Source of the DNA: Candidatus Iainarchaeum sp.
GTDB taxonomy: Archaea > Iainarchaeota > Iainarchaeia > Iainarchaeales > Iainarchaeaceae
Length of the DNA stretch: 64,000 bases
Assembly (NCBI GenBank): GCA_043812975.1
Contig: JBDRLP010000027.1
Span: forward strand, 32,001 to 96,000
Direction: 5' to 3'
Part shown: positions 38,538-48,768 of the stretch, in pieces
How positions within the stretch are numbered: position 1 is the stretch's first letter
How the letters are laid out: each line of letters opens with the position of its first letter
The notes under the pieces: generated by a model
The model's input: only the letters and a program-made list of their open reading frames with translations
Databases searched by the model: none
What the model was told of the DNA's origin: nothing
Translations under genes and position numbers: made by a program

Positions 38538-40247
38538 TCATTTTCTGAGCAGCAGTATTGCCAGTATAAGAATAAATATTATTGTTCCACCTGCTACAAT
38601 AGGAGTTCCCGGATTATCAAAGTCAAGGTCAAAAGCATCTATTATAGGTTCTACAAGGTTATTTTGTGGTTTTATTTCTTTAACTATTATAGGGTCTTCC
38701 TTTTCAGGAATTTGTATTTCAAATATCTTTTCATCAGGGGTATTTATTTTCACTATAACCTTTCCCGGCCTGATGTTTCTAACAATGTAAGCAAGGTTTC
38801 TTTCTTCAAATTCCTGTAAAATAATTTCGTTTTCTTCAACTTGGTTTCCTTCGAATAAAATTTCAACAAAAACCGTGCCTTTTTCATTCCCGAGGTTCTC
38901 TAAACTAATTTTCATTTCCAAATTGTTTTCATTAATAAAAGGACTCACATCTTTTACCCGAATATTTGGACCTTTATTAGTATACTCTTTTGAGGGGATT
39001 ACCTTTATTGCATCGCTTATGTTTCCATCAGGCAGCAATAAAATCAAACCATAAGTATAGAAGCCTTCTTCAAAATTTTCATTTGGTGCCCTTGCTTCCC
39101 AAGTTATTGTTTTGGTTTCTTCTTTTTCAAAGAAAATCAGTTTTTTATTATTATCAATACTGAATTTTTCATGAAGCACAAGTTCAATCGGCATTATTAC
39201 TCTTTCCCCTGAAACATTTTTTATTTCCGCAGTAATTTCAAAAAGTTCTCCCGGAGGAACCTGCTCAGGTTTGTTCAGATTAACTTCAACTAGATTTTCA
39301 AAAAACTCAACTGAATTTATTTCAACTCCAGGAAGCTCAAGATTTGTTGTTATGATTATTGGTTCTCTGCTTCTTGTAATAGCAATAAAATCAATTGCTT
39401 TGTTTGCGTCTGTTGTTTTGGCAATTGTAAAATGAGCGGCATCTAAATAACCAGCTTCCCCATAAGTAGAATCAACCCCTATCCACCCTGTTTTTGGAAG
39501 GTAAACTTCCAGCCACCCATGCAGTCCAAATCTTTGACCATCAAAACTTATTCCTGTAATATACTTTGTCGGTATTCCTTTTATTCTTGTAAAAGCCGCG
39601 GTTAAATTAGCAAATTCATCACATACTCCTGCTCTTGAATTATAAGTGTCTTTTGCAGAATAAACAGCATCATAATAATTTTCAAAATCATACTCGATAT
39701 TGTTGTTTACCCATTCTGTTATCTGTCTCACGGTTTCTATCTGAGAATTTGACGTAAATTCCAAAGAAGCTTTGCTTTTCAATTCCTGGTCATCAACCTC
39801 TATGAAACCTGTTGCTTCTTTAAATTCTGCAAATTCTTTAATTTCGTTTTCCAAGTTATAATCTTCTCCAAGACCTAATACAGCTTCTCTTTTTACTCTT
39901 GCTTTCCTAAGAATTTTGAAAGTGTTTGTTTCCGCATAACTGTAAAGGTCACTGATTTTGTATTGCGCATATTTCAATCCTTCCCTTTCAACATACTTGG
40001 GTTCTATTCTTTTTCCCCCAAATTCCAAATATTCTTCTAAACTAATAAGTTCCTGTTTTGTTTCTTCCTGTATTGAAATAAAAAGTAGCTCAAGTTCATC
40101 TCCTCTTGTTATTGTTCCTGAAAAACTCCCGATTGCTTCAGAGGTTATTGTTACATCCATTGTTTTTACAGTTGAAGGCCTGAACTCTAATGCAAAAACT
40201 GATGAAGCAAACAGCACAAAAAATGCGATTAAAATAATTTTTTTCAT
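38538..40247 (-). CDS. Transglutaminase-like surface protein
   Basis: Signal peptide, GVCDEFA, HGWLEVY, W..VDST, C-terminal TM. Confidence 0.85.
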   Translation of the reverse strand: MKKIILIAFFVLFASSVFALEFRPSTVKTMDVTITSEAIGSFSGTITRGDELELLFISIQEETKQELISLEEYLEFGGKRIEPKYVEREGLKYAQYKISDLYSYAETNTFKILRKARVKREAVLGLGEDYNLENEIKEFAEFKEATGFIEVDDQELKSKASLEFTSNSQIETVRQITEWVNNNIEYDFENYYDAVYSAKDTYNSRAGVCDEFANLTAAFTRIKGIPTKYITGISFDGQRFGLHGWLEVYLPKTGWIGVDSTYGEAGYLDAAHFTIAKTTDANKAIDFIAITRSREPIIITTNLELPGVEINSVEFFENLVEVNLNKPEQVPPGELFEITAEIKNVSGERVIMPIELVLHEKFSIDNNKKLIFFEKEETKTITWEARAPNENFEEGFYTYGLILLLPDGNISDAIKVIPSKEYTNKGPNIRVKDVSPFINENNLEMKISLENLGNEKGTVFVEILFEGNQVEENEIILQEFEERNLAYIVRNIRPGKVIVKINTPDEKIFEIQIPEKEDPIIVKEIKPQNNLVEPIIDAFDLDFDNPGTPIVAGGTIIFILILAILLLRK

Positions 40248-40308
40248 TACAAGAATTAATGTTTTCAATGTATAAATGCTTTTTTAGATAAGAAGGATAA
40301 TGCCTAAT

Positions 40309-41196
40309 TCACATTGCTTCTAATCTTTTTATTCTTTCAGCAGCTGGAGGGTGAGTAGAGAACATTCCGTCCATTAATCCGTTTCTGTTTTTCAAAGGAT
40401 TATCAATGTACAAGTGAGCTGTTGCCTTATTCGCTGCTTCAAGAATTTCTTTATCCCCTGAAATTTTTTTCAATGCATTAGCAAGACCATCCGGATTTCT
40501 GGTTAGTTGAGCTGCACTCGCATCAGCCAAATATTCTCTTTGCCTTGAAATCGCAAACTTGATCAGCATAGCAACAATCGGAGTTAATATTGCCAGAATA
40601 ACTCCTCCAACTAAAAGCAGAATCTGCATCTGTCCTCCGCCTTTGTTATCGTGTCTTCCCCAGAGAACACTTCTCAAAAGAATATCGCTAAGCAGTGCAC
40701 TTAATCCCACAAAAACAACTATCAACATCATAAGCCGAATATCATAATTTTTTATGTGACTCATTTCATGGGCTATTACTCCTTCAAGTTCTTCCCTATT
40801 TAACTTTTGTAAAATTCCAGTAGTAACCACAATAACTCCGTGTTCAGGGTCTCTTCCTGTTGCAAATGCATTCAAAGCAGTATCTTGTATTACATATGCT
40901 TTTGGTTTTGGAATTCCTGCAGCCAGAGCAAGTCCTTCAATTAAGTGAAATAAGTAAGGTTGTTCGTTTTTCTGTAATTCGCGTGCGCCCGAAATACTTA
41001 GTACAACTTTATCTCCGTAAAAATAATTAAACCCCACAAAAATTACTAGAAAAATTACTCCGAGAATTATTCCTATTAATCCGCCTCCGGAGAACCAAAC
41101 TTCTCCAAGCACCCAGGATAAAAGAGTTATAAAAATAGAAAATCCAAGAACAAGCAGGATTGTGTTTCTCTTGTTCTCAGATATTTGTTCGTACAT
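40309..41196 (-). CDS. htpX: HtpX-like M48 metalloprotease
   Basis: NAFATG, AHEMSH, REYLAD, STHP. Confidence 0.92.
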   Translation of the reverse strand: MYEQISENKRNTILLVLGFSIFITLLSWVLGEVWFSGGGLIGIILGVIFLVIFVGFNYFYGDKVVLSISGARELQKNEQPYLFHLIEGLALAAGIPKPKAYVIQDTALNAFATGRDPEHGVIVVTTGILQKLNREELEGVIAHEMSHIKNYDIRLMMLIVVFVGLSALLSDILLRSVLWGRHDNKGGGQMQILLLVGGVILAILTPIVAMLIKFAISRQREYLADASAAQLTRNPDGLANALKKISGDKEILEAANKATAHLYIDNPLKNRNGLMDGMFSTHPPAAERIKRLEAM

Positions 41197-41213
41197 TTAA
41201 TATCAGCTCTGAA

Positions 41214-41777
41214 CTAATCAAACTTTACTTTAACATTTTCTTTTGCAGCTTCTTCAATTTCGAAGTAATCTCGTTTTCCAAAACCGAAAAGTGAAGCTAT
41301 AATGTTGCTTGGTAGTGTTTCTGTTTTAGTGTTGTACTTCAGAACTTCGTCATTGTAAAATTGTCTTGTGTAGGCAATTTTTGATTCGATTCCTGCTAGT
41401 TCTTCCTGAAGCATTAGGAAATTTTTATTTGCTTTCAAATCAGGGTAAGCTTCTGAAACAGCAAACAAAGACTTCAAAGTACTGGACAAAAAGTTTTCTG
41501 CTTCTGCCTGTGCCTTTACTCCTTTTGCTTTTGTTATTGCTGCTCTCGCTTCTGTAACCTGTTTGAATGTCCCTTTTTCGTGCTTAGCATATCCTTTTAC
41601 TGTTTCAACAAGGTTAGGCACTAAGTCAAACCTTTTTTTTAGCTGTACATCTATCTGGCTCCAAGCATTATCAATTCTGTTCTTCAGCTGAACAAAACCA
41701 TTGTATGCAAAAACAAACCAGATTGCTGCAATTATGCCTACTATTACGATTGCTCCTCCAATTAATTCTAATGTCAT
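41214..41777 (-). CDS. lemA: LemA family protein
   Basis: [28 protein letters not shown]. Confidence 0.93.
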   Translation of the reverse strand: MTLELIGGAIVIVGIIAAIWFVFAYNGFVQLKNRIDNAWSQIDVQLKKRFDLVPNLVETVKGYAKHEKGTFKQVTEARAAITKAKGVKAQAEAENFLSSTLKSLFAVSEAYPDLKANKNFLMLQEELAGIESKIAYTRQFYNDEVLKYNTKTETLPSNIIASLFGFGKRDYFEIEEAAKENVKVKFD

Positions 41778-41858
41778 AAGTGAAAACCTCCAACAAAATT
41801 GGTTCGAAAGATTATAAATAGCTTAGGGTATGAGTTTTTAGAAGTAGCTTTGGAGGGG

Positions 41859-42704
41859 TTATAATTCGCTTCCGCCAGTTGTTCTCAAGTATCTTTGATA
41901 CGCTTCCCAGATTTTTATTGCTTCTTCAACAGAGTATTTTTTCGCATTTTTTGATTTTTGGCTTTTAACTGCGGCTTCAATAGCTTCTTCTATTGATTTT
42001 CCTGGCTCATTTCTTTTAATTATTCTGCCAATTATATCCGCTTCATTAAACGTAAGCCCTGTCCCTTGTTTAACTTCTTCTCTAATAAAGTTTAATGCAA
42101 TAAAATTTATGTTTGTAATTAACCAACCACGTAGTTGTGCTTTTTTTTCAGGATCAAACCTTGCAAATATTGATGCTAATCTTGCATTAACATAACTACT
42201 GAAATCCCTTGTCCTTTCTCCAAAAAAATTGTGCCTCTTACTTGCTTCAAATATTGCTTTTTTAATTATTCCTGTACTTTGTTGCATCAATTGTTCTTGA
42301 GCTTTAGTCAAACGTATTTCTCTATTAATTTTTGGAAGTGTTCCTTCCTTTCTCATTCGATGTTTGTAAGTGCCAACATTAGCGGTGCTGGTTTCAACTC
42401 CATTCTCTCTTAAAATATTTACTATTTCTTCAGGTGTTTTGTTTTGATTGTAAAAAATTGTTCTTCTTATTATTGCATTTCTCGAATTTAATTCATCAGC
42501 TTTAATTATTTTTGGAAGTATTCCGTCTTTTCTCATTTTTGATTTTCTAGTGCCAACAGTTTTGGGAGAAATTCTAATTCCTTGTTTTGCCAGAATAGCT
42601 ACAATTTGTTGACGTGTTTTTACTTGATTTCTAGAAATTGTTCTTTTGATTTTGGCTTGTTTTGAATCCAATCTTACTACAGGTTTGGGTTTTGTTTTTG
42701 CCAT
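41859..42704 (-). CDS. Basic orphan with two tandem HTH-like repeats and a sigma70-region-2-like segment
   Basis: Two ~48-aa repeats ending MRK(D/E)G.LPKI; RFDPEKKAQLRGWL..NI..IALNFIREE. Confidence 0.6.
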   Translation of the reverse strand: MAKTKPKPVVRLDSKQAKIKRTISRNQVKTRQQIVAILAKQGIRISPKTVGTRKSKMRKDGILPKIIKADELNSRNAIIRRTIFYNQNKTPEEIVNILRENGVETSTANVGTYKHRMRKEGTLPKINREIRLTKAQEQLMQQSTGIIKKAIFEASKRHNFFGERTRDFSSYVNARLASIFARFDPEKKAQLRGWLITNINFIALNFIREEVKQGTGLTFNEADIIGRIIKRNEPGKSIEEAIEAAVKSQKSKNAKKYSVEEAIKIWEAYQRYLRTTGGSEL

Positions 42705-42762
42705 TAAAAGATTAGTTATTTGAATCAATAAATAAGTTACTTTTTAGTATAAAAATTAGAAG

Positions 42763-42867
42763 TGGGCCAGGGAGGACTCGAAGAAACTTTTGCCAAAAGT
42801 TTCATCAAAACGTACGAAGCCTGCATTACCCATCCTTCGGATGGGTATGGGCCAGGGAGGACTCGAA
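42763..42867. repeat. 20-bp duplication of tRNA-Val 3' end around a two-hairpin insert
   Basis: tgggccagggaggactcgaa at 42763-42782 and 42848-42867. Confidence 0.9.
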
Positions 42868-42920
42868 CCTCCGATCCTCTCCGTGTAAAGGAGATGTCAT
42901 AGCCACTAGACCACAAGCCC
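42848..42920 (-). tRNA. tRNA-Val(TAC)
   Basis: TCTCC-TTTACAC-GGAGA anticodon arm, GGTTCGAGTCC T-arm. Confidence 0.93.
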
Positions 42921-43043
42921 GACCTTTTCTTTTTCGAGAAAAAGAAAAGCTCGACCAAAAGAAAAAGCTCTTTCCTACTGTAAAGAAAGAATCCTTTTGG
43001 TTACTATGGAAATTCGTTTGAAAACTATTAAAAAGCTTCCAAT

Positions 43044-43301
43044 TCATTTTGTTAGGAATTTTTCTATGTAATCTGATTTGCTTAGCACAGATATTACTCT
43101 TTTTGCCCTTACAAATACGAATGCTGCGGCAATTAGGGCCAACATTGCACTTACATACCGTAAAAATGCCTCAAAACTGTTTCCCTGGATTATTTGGATT
43201 GTAAATCCTTCTATAAATGCTGTAATGAATAATCCTATTGCCACTATTGTAACTACTGAAAAGAAAAATAGTTCAAAAATGTTCCTTGTTAGTATTTTCA
43301 T
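43044..43301 (-). CDS. Small two-TM hypothetical protein
   Basis: ORF with two hydrophobic helices. Confidence 0.6.
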   Translation of the reverse strand: MKILTRNIFELFFFSVVTIVAIGLFITAFIEGFTIQIIQGNSFEAFLRYVSAMLALIAAAFVFVRAKRVISVLSKSDYIEKFLTK

Positions 43302-43403
43302 AATACTCCCTATTGCTTTTCAAATATAATAAGTTAATTGTTCTGTTTTTTGCTTGACGGAACGTTTATATATAAATTAATTGTATTAATTTCAGGTGTA
43401 ATT

Positions 43404-43856
43404 GTGAGAAGACTTATTTATCTTAAAATTGCGGGCAAAGATGTGCATTTACCTAAACTTATAGGTTCTTTCATTATTTTTGCAGCATTTTTGTTATTTG
43501 TTCAGGCTTCAGCTTCTATGTTTGATTCTTGGGATTCAGCTAAGGAAGTTGACAGGTGTTTACAATTAGCTGCTGCTAATGAAGCTAGAGTAGAACCTGA
43601 TGAAAGCATTTATCCTGAATGCAGGGAAATGGCAAGAGATTTTTTAGGAATTTCAGTAAGATCTGATCAGGATGGTTTAAGTCTGAGACAATTCTGGGGC
43701 TCCTTGTTAGGGCCGATAGCTTCAGTGTTAATCTGGTTAGCTTTGTTATTTGTTGGTTTAATTCTTTACAGAAGCGGAGAACTTGTTCTTCCTATTGATG
43801 AAACAATCAGGGAAGTTCCTGATGTAACAAGAAGTTTCAAAAAAAGAAAGAAATAA
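43404..43856 (+). CDS. Hypothetical membrane protein
   Basis: GTG start after AGGTG; two TMs, Cys pair in loop. Confidence 0.65.
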   Translation: MRRLIYLKIAGKDVHLPKLIGSFIIFAAFLLFVQASASMFDSWDSAKEVDRCLQLAAANEARVEPDESIYPECREMARDFLGISVRSDQDGLSLRQFWGSLLGPIASVLIWLALLFVGLILYRSGELVLPIDETIREVPDVTRSFKKRKK

Positions 43857-43963
43857 TTTCTATTTTTAAAAAAAAGAAAATTTAGACAACAACTACAATG
43901 CGCCGTCTGCTCACGGCGGTAGAGCGTCCTGTTTTCAACAGGACTGGCTCACTTCGTTCGCAA

Positions 43964-45373
43964 TTATAACGCTGTTGCCCTTACTTTATCATTAATTTCT
44001 ATCTTTCCTTTTTTTGCACCAATAACAAATTTGGTTTCTGCTTTTTCTGCAGCAGCCATAAGTCTTTTTGTTATTACTCCGTCAAATACTATTGCGTTTA
44101 CTTTCTTTTTGGTTTTTCCAAGTTCTGTTACAAGATCCTTAACCTTGACTTCTTTTACTACTGTATTTTTCTCGTCAAGCATTTTTGCTTTCATTGAACC
44201 TTTTAGTTCATCCAGAATTGGTTTGAATGTTTCTGTTTCTTCTTTAGTTAAAACAGAAATAAACCTAGGTCTCATTGGTCTTGGAGTAGGGGTTCTTGAA
44301 GTTCTTCGATCATCAGTTCTATCGTTTCTTTCATTCCTGTCCCAGTTATTTCTTGGAGGTCCTCTTCCCATAGGTGGTCTTTCGTTTCGCATAGGAGGTC
44401 CTCTTGAAGGTCTGTCCCTATAACTGTTTTCCCTTTGAGGTGCATTTTCTCTTGAGTAGTTATTTTCTCGCGGATAACTTTGTTCTCTTGGATAGTTATT
44501 TTCTCTTGGAGAGGTTTCTCGCGAATAATTATTTCTTTGAGGTTTTCTTTCTCCAAATTCTTCACTCGTTTCTAATTTTCTTTTTAGTGATTGGAGTATT
44601 TCTTTTCTTGTTAGTTCCTCAACTTCTTTTCCATCAGGGGCTTTTGCAATGTAAGCTACTTTTGCAATCTGAATAAGTTTTCTTGCGTTTAAGATTCCGC
44701 CTCTGTCCCCATCAATAAATAATGTTATTTCTTTGGTTTTGCTTAGTTCAGTTATTGTCGGAGAGATATTAGATCCATTCATTCCTATTACATTCTTTAT
44801 CTGATTTTTAAGCATATTAATAACATCAGCTCTTCCTTCGACAACTATTATTTCTTTACTTATTTCAATATCAGGTCCTGCTGGTAACTTATCCGGGCCA
44901 TAGCTTGATATGTCGGATGCTCTTACTTTTTCTCTTAATTCATCGCCAAGCATTTGTGTATCAGGTTTTGACTGGTTCATCATTTTTTTCAAAAGTTCCT
45001 GAGCTCTGGTTTTGATTTCATCTCTTTTGTTTGTTCTGGTATCTTCCATACTAATTATTTCAAATTTTGCTTCACTTGGACCTACTTTATCCACGCTTTC
45101 AATTCCTGCTGCCAATAAACTTGTTTCTGCCATGTCCATTGAAGAGGGAACTAGTACTTCTCCTTTGGTTCTTCCCATTGCAGTTTTGTGTTCAATTTCT
45201 ATTCTTCCGAGCTTTCCATTTTTCTGAAGCTCTTTAAGATCCATTTCGTCTCCAAGTAAACCTTCACTTTGTCCAAAAATTGCGCCAATTATATCTGGTT
45301 TGTCAACTATACCATCAATCTCAAATTTTAGTTTGATAACGTATTTTACTGTATTTACGTATGTTTTTGCCAT
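43964..45373 (-). CDS. dnaG: Archaeal DnaG (TOPRIM, exosome-associated)
   Basis: VDKPDIIGAIFGQSEGLLG, VVEGRADV, DGDRGG. Confidence 0.93.
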   Translation of the reverse strand: MAKTYVNTVKYVIKLKFEIDGIVDKPDIIGAIFGQSEGLLGDEMDLKELQKNGKLGRIEIEHKTAMGRTKGEVLVPSSMDMAETSLLAAGIESVDKVGPSEAKFEIISMEDTRTNKRDEIKTRAQELLKKMMNQSKPDTQMLGDELREKVRASDISSYGPDKLPAGPDIEISKEIIVVEGRADVINMLKNQIKNVIGMNGSNISPTITELSKTKEITLFIDGDRGGILNARKLIQIAKVAYIAKAPDGKEVEELTRKEILQSLKRKLETSEEFGERKPQRNNYSRETSPRENNYPREQSYPRENNYSRENAPQRENSYRDRPSRGPPMRNERPPMGRGPPRNNWDRNERNDRTDDRRTSRTPTPRPMRPRFISVLTKEETETFKPILDELKGSMKAKMLDEKNTVVKEVKVKDLVTELGKTKKKVNAIVFDGVITKRLMAAAEKAETKFVIGAKKGKIEINDKVRATAL

Positions 45374-45402
45374 TTAATCATCTCCTTTGTTTCACTTGAG
45401 AA

Positions 45403-45672
45403 TCAGAGTTTGAATGTGTTTTGGAGTTGTTCTTGAGTTATTTCTTTCAGGAGAATTTTTTTCTTTTTGCTTTTTTCTCCGCTTTTGATTTCTACTTTGG
45501 TTTGAAACAATTTTTCAAGCTCTTGGATCAGCTCTTTGTTGGCTTTTCCTTTCAATGCTTTTCCTTTTACCTTGACTCGCAAGGCGTTTGTCCATTGGTT
45601 CAGGCTAATGCTGAACTCCTTCGAATTCGGAATAACTTCCAAATTCATTTCAATATTTTTCAATTGTTTCAA
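45403..45672 (-). CDS. DUF167/YggU family protein
   Basis: VIPNS, GKANKELI, GEKSKKK. Confidence 0.8.
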   Translation of the reverse strand: MKQLKNIEMNLEVIPNSKEFSISLNQWTNALRVKVKGKALKGKANKELIQELEKLFQTKVEIKSGEKSKKKKILLKEITQEQLQNTFKL

Positions 45673-45833
45673 GTTGATTAATCACTAATAACTCAATAAT
45701 TTTTTCAACTGTAAAAACACAAACCCTAATTCTTGGTTAAGTGTAATTAGTTCCCTTAGGAACTCTATACATAAACCGCCAAGGAAATCTATATTAATGT
45801 TGCCTTTTTCGTATAAAATACCCTAAAAAGGGT

Positions 45834-46025
45834 TTATTTTGGCAATTTAACAATATTTCCACTGATTACTTGATAGGTGGCTCCTCTAATTGTTGTTTTA
45901 GCTGTTTCCCGCAACTGTCCACTATTCGGATCTCTTAAACGCATTAGTAATGTTCTGTAAAATGGGTCTTTTGGACCCATATTTTTATTACGCGAGATTT
46001 TACCTGCATTTCTTTTTTTTATCAT
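45834..46025 (-). CDS. Small basic orphan protein
   Basis: 63-aa ORF, TTTAATTT upstream. Confidence 0.45.
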   Translation of the reverse strand: MIKKRNAGKISRNKNMGPKDPFYRTLLMRLRDPNSGQLRETAKTTIRGATYQVISGNIVKLPK

Positions 46026-46071
46026 TAAATTACCAAGTAAATTAAATACTCGCTAATATATATTCCTTCTT

Positions 46072-46476
46072 ATGCCCCGTTACAATAAAGGTGCAAATGC
46101 AGAACGTGAATTAATCAGAATGTTCTGGAAAGAAGGTTTTGCTGTTGCACGTACTGCTGGTTCCGGTAAGAATGCTTTGCCAATGCCTGATTTAATAGTG
46201 CTTAGTAAAAATCGTAAGATTGTAATTGAGGCTAAAGCCTGGCGTTCTAATTATTTAAATATTAATTTTGAACAAATGGAAGAACTTTTGAAGTGGAAAG
46301 AACTTGCTAATGCAGAGGTTTTTATTGCTTGGAAATACCCTAACAAGGGCTGGTTTTTCATTGACCCTAAGCACTTCAAAAAGAACAAGCATTATTCTCT
46401 TTCATTTCCAAAGGCCCAAAGAGCAGGCCTTCTTTTTGAGGTTTTGGTTGGAAAACAAAGCCAGCTTAAGCCTTAG
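46072..46476 (+). CDS. hjc: Holliday junction resolvase Hjc
   Basis: KGANAEREL, R.AGSG, PD, IEAK. Confidence 0.9.
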   Translation: MPRYNKGANAERELIRMFWKEGFAVARTAGSGKNALPMPDLIVLSKNRKIVIEAKAWRSNYLNINFEQMEELLKWKELANAEVFIAWKYPNKGWFFIDPKHFKKNKHYSLSFPKAQRAGLLFEVLVGKQSQLKP

Positions 46477-46515
46477 CCGAGGTTTTAAAAATACTCCCAA
46501 ACCTATTTCTATTAT

Positions 46516-46647
46516 ATGTTAGAACTCGAATTAGTAATCAATCAGCTCGAAAAACAATATGAAAAAGAAAGGAGCATCAGAAAGAAAATAACTCTCGAAA
46601 ACGCAATCAGTGCTTTGAAAGAATATGAGCGCTTAAATCAGGAATAG
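46516..46647 (+). CDS. Possible 43-aa helical peptide (not in ORF track)
   Basis: MLELELVINQLEKQYEKERSIRKKITLENAISALKEYERLNQE*; TTTTAAAA upstream, T-tract downstream. Confidence 0.5.
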   Translation: MLELELVINQLEKQYEKERSIRKKITLENAISALKEYERLNQE

Positions 46648-46662
46648 TTTTTTTTGCTAATT

Positions 46663-47316
46663 TTAAATCACAGTCGCAACAAAAAGCATTGTTACTGCTA
46701 TTAGTGCCATAATAGTCATTATGATTACAGTGTCAATTGCTAATGGGTTCCCAAAGTTAATGAAGAATAAAAATGCGTCTCCTATTCCAAATAATATTCC
46801 TAATGCAAGTAATGAATTTCCAATCAGTTTGTTCCTCCCCCCTATTCCTTTTATTCTTACTTCATCCATGTCTACCTGAACCTGCCTTACTGCTTCTCCT
46901 AATTCGTTTAGTTTAGTTTTAACACGATCATTAAGGTCATTTACTTTCTGGATGTTATCTCCTATCTGATCTTGGAATGTTTTACTTTGCCCAGTAATAT
47001 CTTTTTCATATTCTTTCAGGTCACCTATTACTGCTTTTGTTAATTGTTGTCTTGAATCATTAGCAGTATTCATTGCTTCTTCCTGAATAAATTTTTTCAG
47101 GGTTGGTTTTTCCTGTTCAAGTTCCTTTTGCACAATTTTTTTTATTTCTGTTTTCAATAACGCAAAAGTATCTGCCTGCCCTAAAAGTAAAAGTCGTTTT
47201 GCTTTTTCAGGTTCAACGCCTAGGTCTTTTAGCGTGCTGATTATTTTTTCTTCGCTTTCACCTTCTCTTACCATCTTTTCGATGATTTCTATAATGCTTG
47301 TTTCTTGTTGTGCCAT
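46663..47316 (-). CDS. Coiled-coil protein with two C-terminal TMs
   Basis: Composition only. Confidence 0.7.
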   Translation of the reverse strand: MAQQETSIIEIIEKMVREGESEEKIISTLKDLGVEPEKAKRLLLLGQADTFALLKTEIKKIVQKELEQEKPTLKKFIQEEAMNTANDSRQQLTKAVIGDLKEYEKDITGQSKTFQDQIGDNIQKVNDLNDRVKTKLNELGEAVRQVQVDMDEVRIKGIGGRNKLIGNSLLALGILFGIGDAFLFFINFGNPLAIDTVIIMTIMALIAVTMLFVATVI

Positions 47317-47975
47317 TATTCCACCAGTATTGGTTGTAATAAACGTTCGTTAGTATTTGAGGAACTCACATTAAAATAGATTGTGGTTTCGCCTTTTTGA
47401 GTTGGTAATAAGGAGTATTGTATTTTTTTGCATTCATCAGGCCCTATAGTAATAACATCTTTTTTAGACTGCTCTGAAAAGAAACCATTTTCATGCTCTT
47501 CTTCTATTTTAAACTGCTCATTCTTTTTTGATTTGTTACAAATATCAAGTGAAAAGCTGAATGTTTTTCCGAATAGTATTTCGCTTGGAAAGTTTGCTTT
47601 TATTGTGGTTGCCCCTTTTGCTCTTATCGCAATTAATTTTTCAAGAGTCATATGGTATGGAGCGCTAACAACCAGGGTAACCTGATTCTGATTAAGTCTA
47701 TTTAAATTAAGCAGTATCTTTTGTTTCGGTGCTAAAAACCTGAATTTGTTAAAATCAATTTCCAGGCCTCCTTCTTTATATTTTACTGAAATATTATGGA
47801 TTACTCGGTCAGTAGTATTAACCAGGTAAACTTCTTTTTCTCCTTCAGCCTCATTGAATTCTTCCTGAATTTCCAGTCCTCCGACAAACAGAAACAGGTA
47901 AACTATTAGTATTGCAAATGCAATATAAACAACTAGAAATACCATAAGTGTTTTTTTTCTTTGTTCTGGAAGCAT
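47316..47975 (-). CDS. Membrane-anchored beta-rich hypothetical protein
   Basis: N-terminal TM; coupled to downstream gene. Confidence 0.7.
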   Translation of the reverse strand: MLPEQRKKTLMVFLVVYIAFAILIVYLFLFVGGLEIQEEFNEAEGEKEVYLVNTTDRVIHNISVKYKEGGLEIDFNKFRFLAPKQKILLNLNRLNQNQVTLVVSAPYHMTLEKLIAIRAKGATTIKANFPSEILFGKTFSFSLDICNKSKKNEQFKIEEEHENGFFSEQSKKDVITIGPDECKKIQYSLLPTQKGETTIYFNVSSSNTNERLLQPILVE

Positions 47976-47997
47976 ACTTTAAGTAGGCTGTTTTTTA

Positions 47998-48747
47998 TTA
48001 TAAAACTATTTTTCCCCTTTGAAAATCAGTTATAAGTATACTTGCTGCTTCATTCAGGTTAGGAGAACCGCCTTTTGCTAGTTTTTTACGTTTAATTGCC
48101 AATTTTTCTAAAAACTCCTCTCCGTCTTTGGCTTTTATTCCGTAAAAATTTTCCATTTTTTCAGGGTTACTTTTCAATAATTCCTCAGCTACTTCTATTC
48201 CTGTTCCTTCTAAATCTTCAAGGCTTTGAATGTTTTTTGCTGAAAGTAAAACCATAAGAATTTCATCTTTTTCTTCAAGCGGAATAACTCCAGGACTGTC
48301 AATAAGCATTACTTTTGAACTTATTCTGACATACTGCATTCCTTTTGTAAAACCTGCAATTGCTCCGACTCCTGAACTTTTTTTTCCTTTAAGCATATTT
48401 ATTACACTGCTTTTTCCAGTATTAGGATAACCAACAATCCCTACTTTTACTTCTTTTTTTCCAGAAAGCTTTCCGATTGCTTCTCTTAATTTTATTGTCC
48501 CCTGTTTATTTTTTGCAGAAACAAAAACACTTCTTACTCCGATTAATTCTTTTTGTTTTTTCACTTTTTCTTCAGAAACAAGATCAGATTTATTCATAAC
48601 CAATAATAATTTTTTCCCGCTTAATTCAACAATCCTTTCAAGTTCAGAATTTCTGCTTTTAGTCGGAAACCTAGCGTCTATTATTTCAAGCACGATATCT
48701 GCTTCATCAACAACCTTTTTCACTATCTGCAAAAAACCTTTTTTCAT
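47998..48747 (-). CDS. Circularly permuted GTPase (YlqF/RbgA family)
   Basis: DAR, NKSD before GYPNTGKSS, DSPG. Confidence 0.9.
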   Translation of the reverse strand: MKKGFLQIVKKVVDEADIVLEIIDARFPTKSRNSELERIVELSGKKLLLVMNKSDLVSEEKVKKQKELIGVRSVFVSAKNKQGTIKLREAIGKLSGKKEVKVGIVGYPNTGKSSVINMLKGKKSSGVGAIAGFTKGMQYVRISSKVMLIDSPGVIPLEEKDEILMVLLSAKNIQSLEDLEGTGIEVAEELLKSNPEKMENFYGIKAKDGEEFLEKLAIKRKKLAKGGSPNLNEAASILITDFQRGKIVL

Positions 48748-48768
48748 TTTTAATCACTTATACTTCTT

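Noticed and set aside
41859..42920. Provirus at tRNA-Val
   Set aside because: Only 65 bp lies between the repeats; no integrase or viral genes.
42737..43047. Two 73-aa ORFs
   Set aside because: They overlap tRNA-Val and hairpins.
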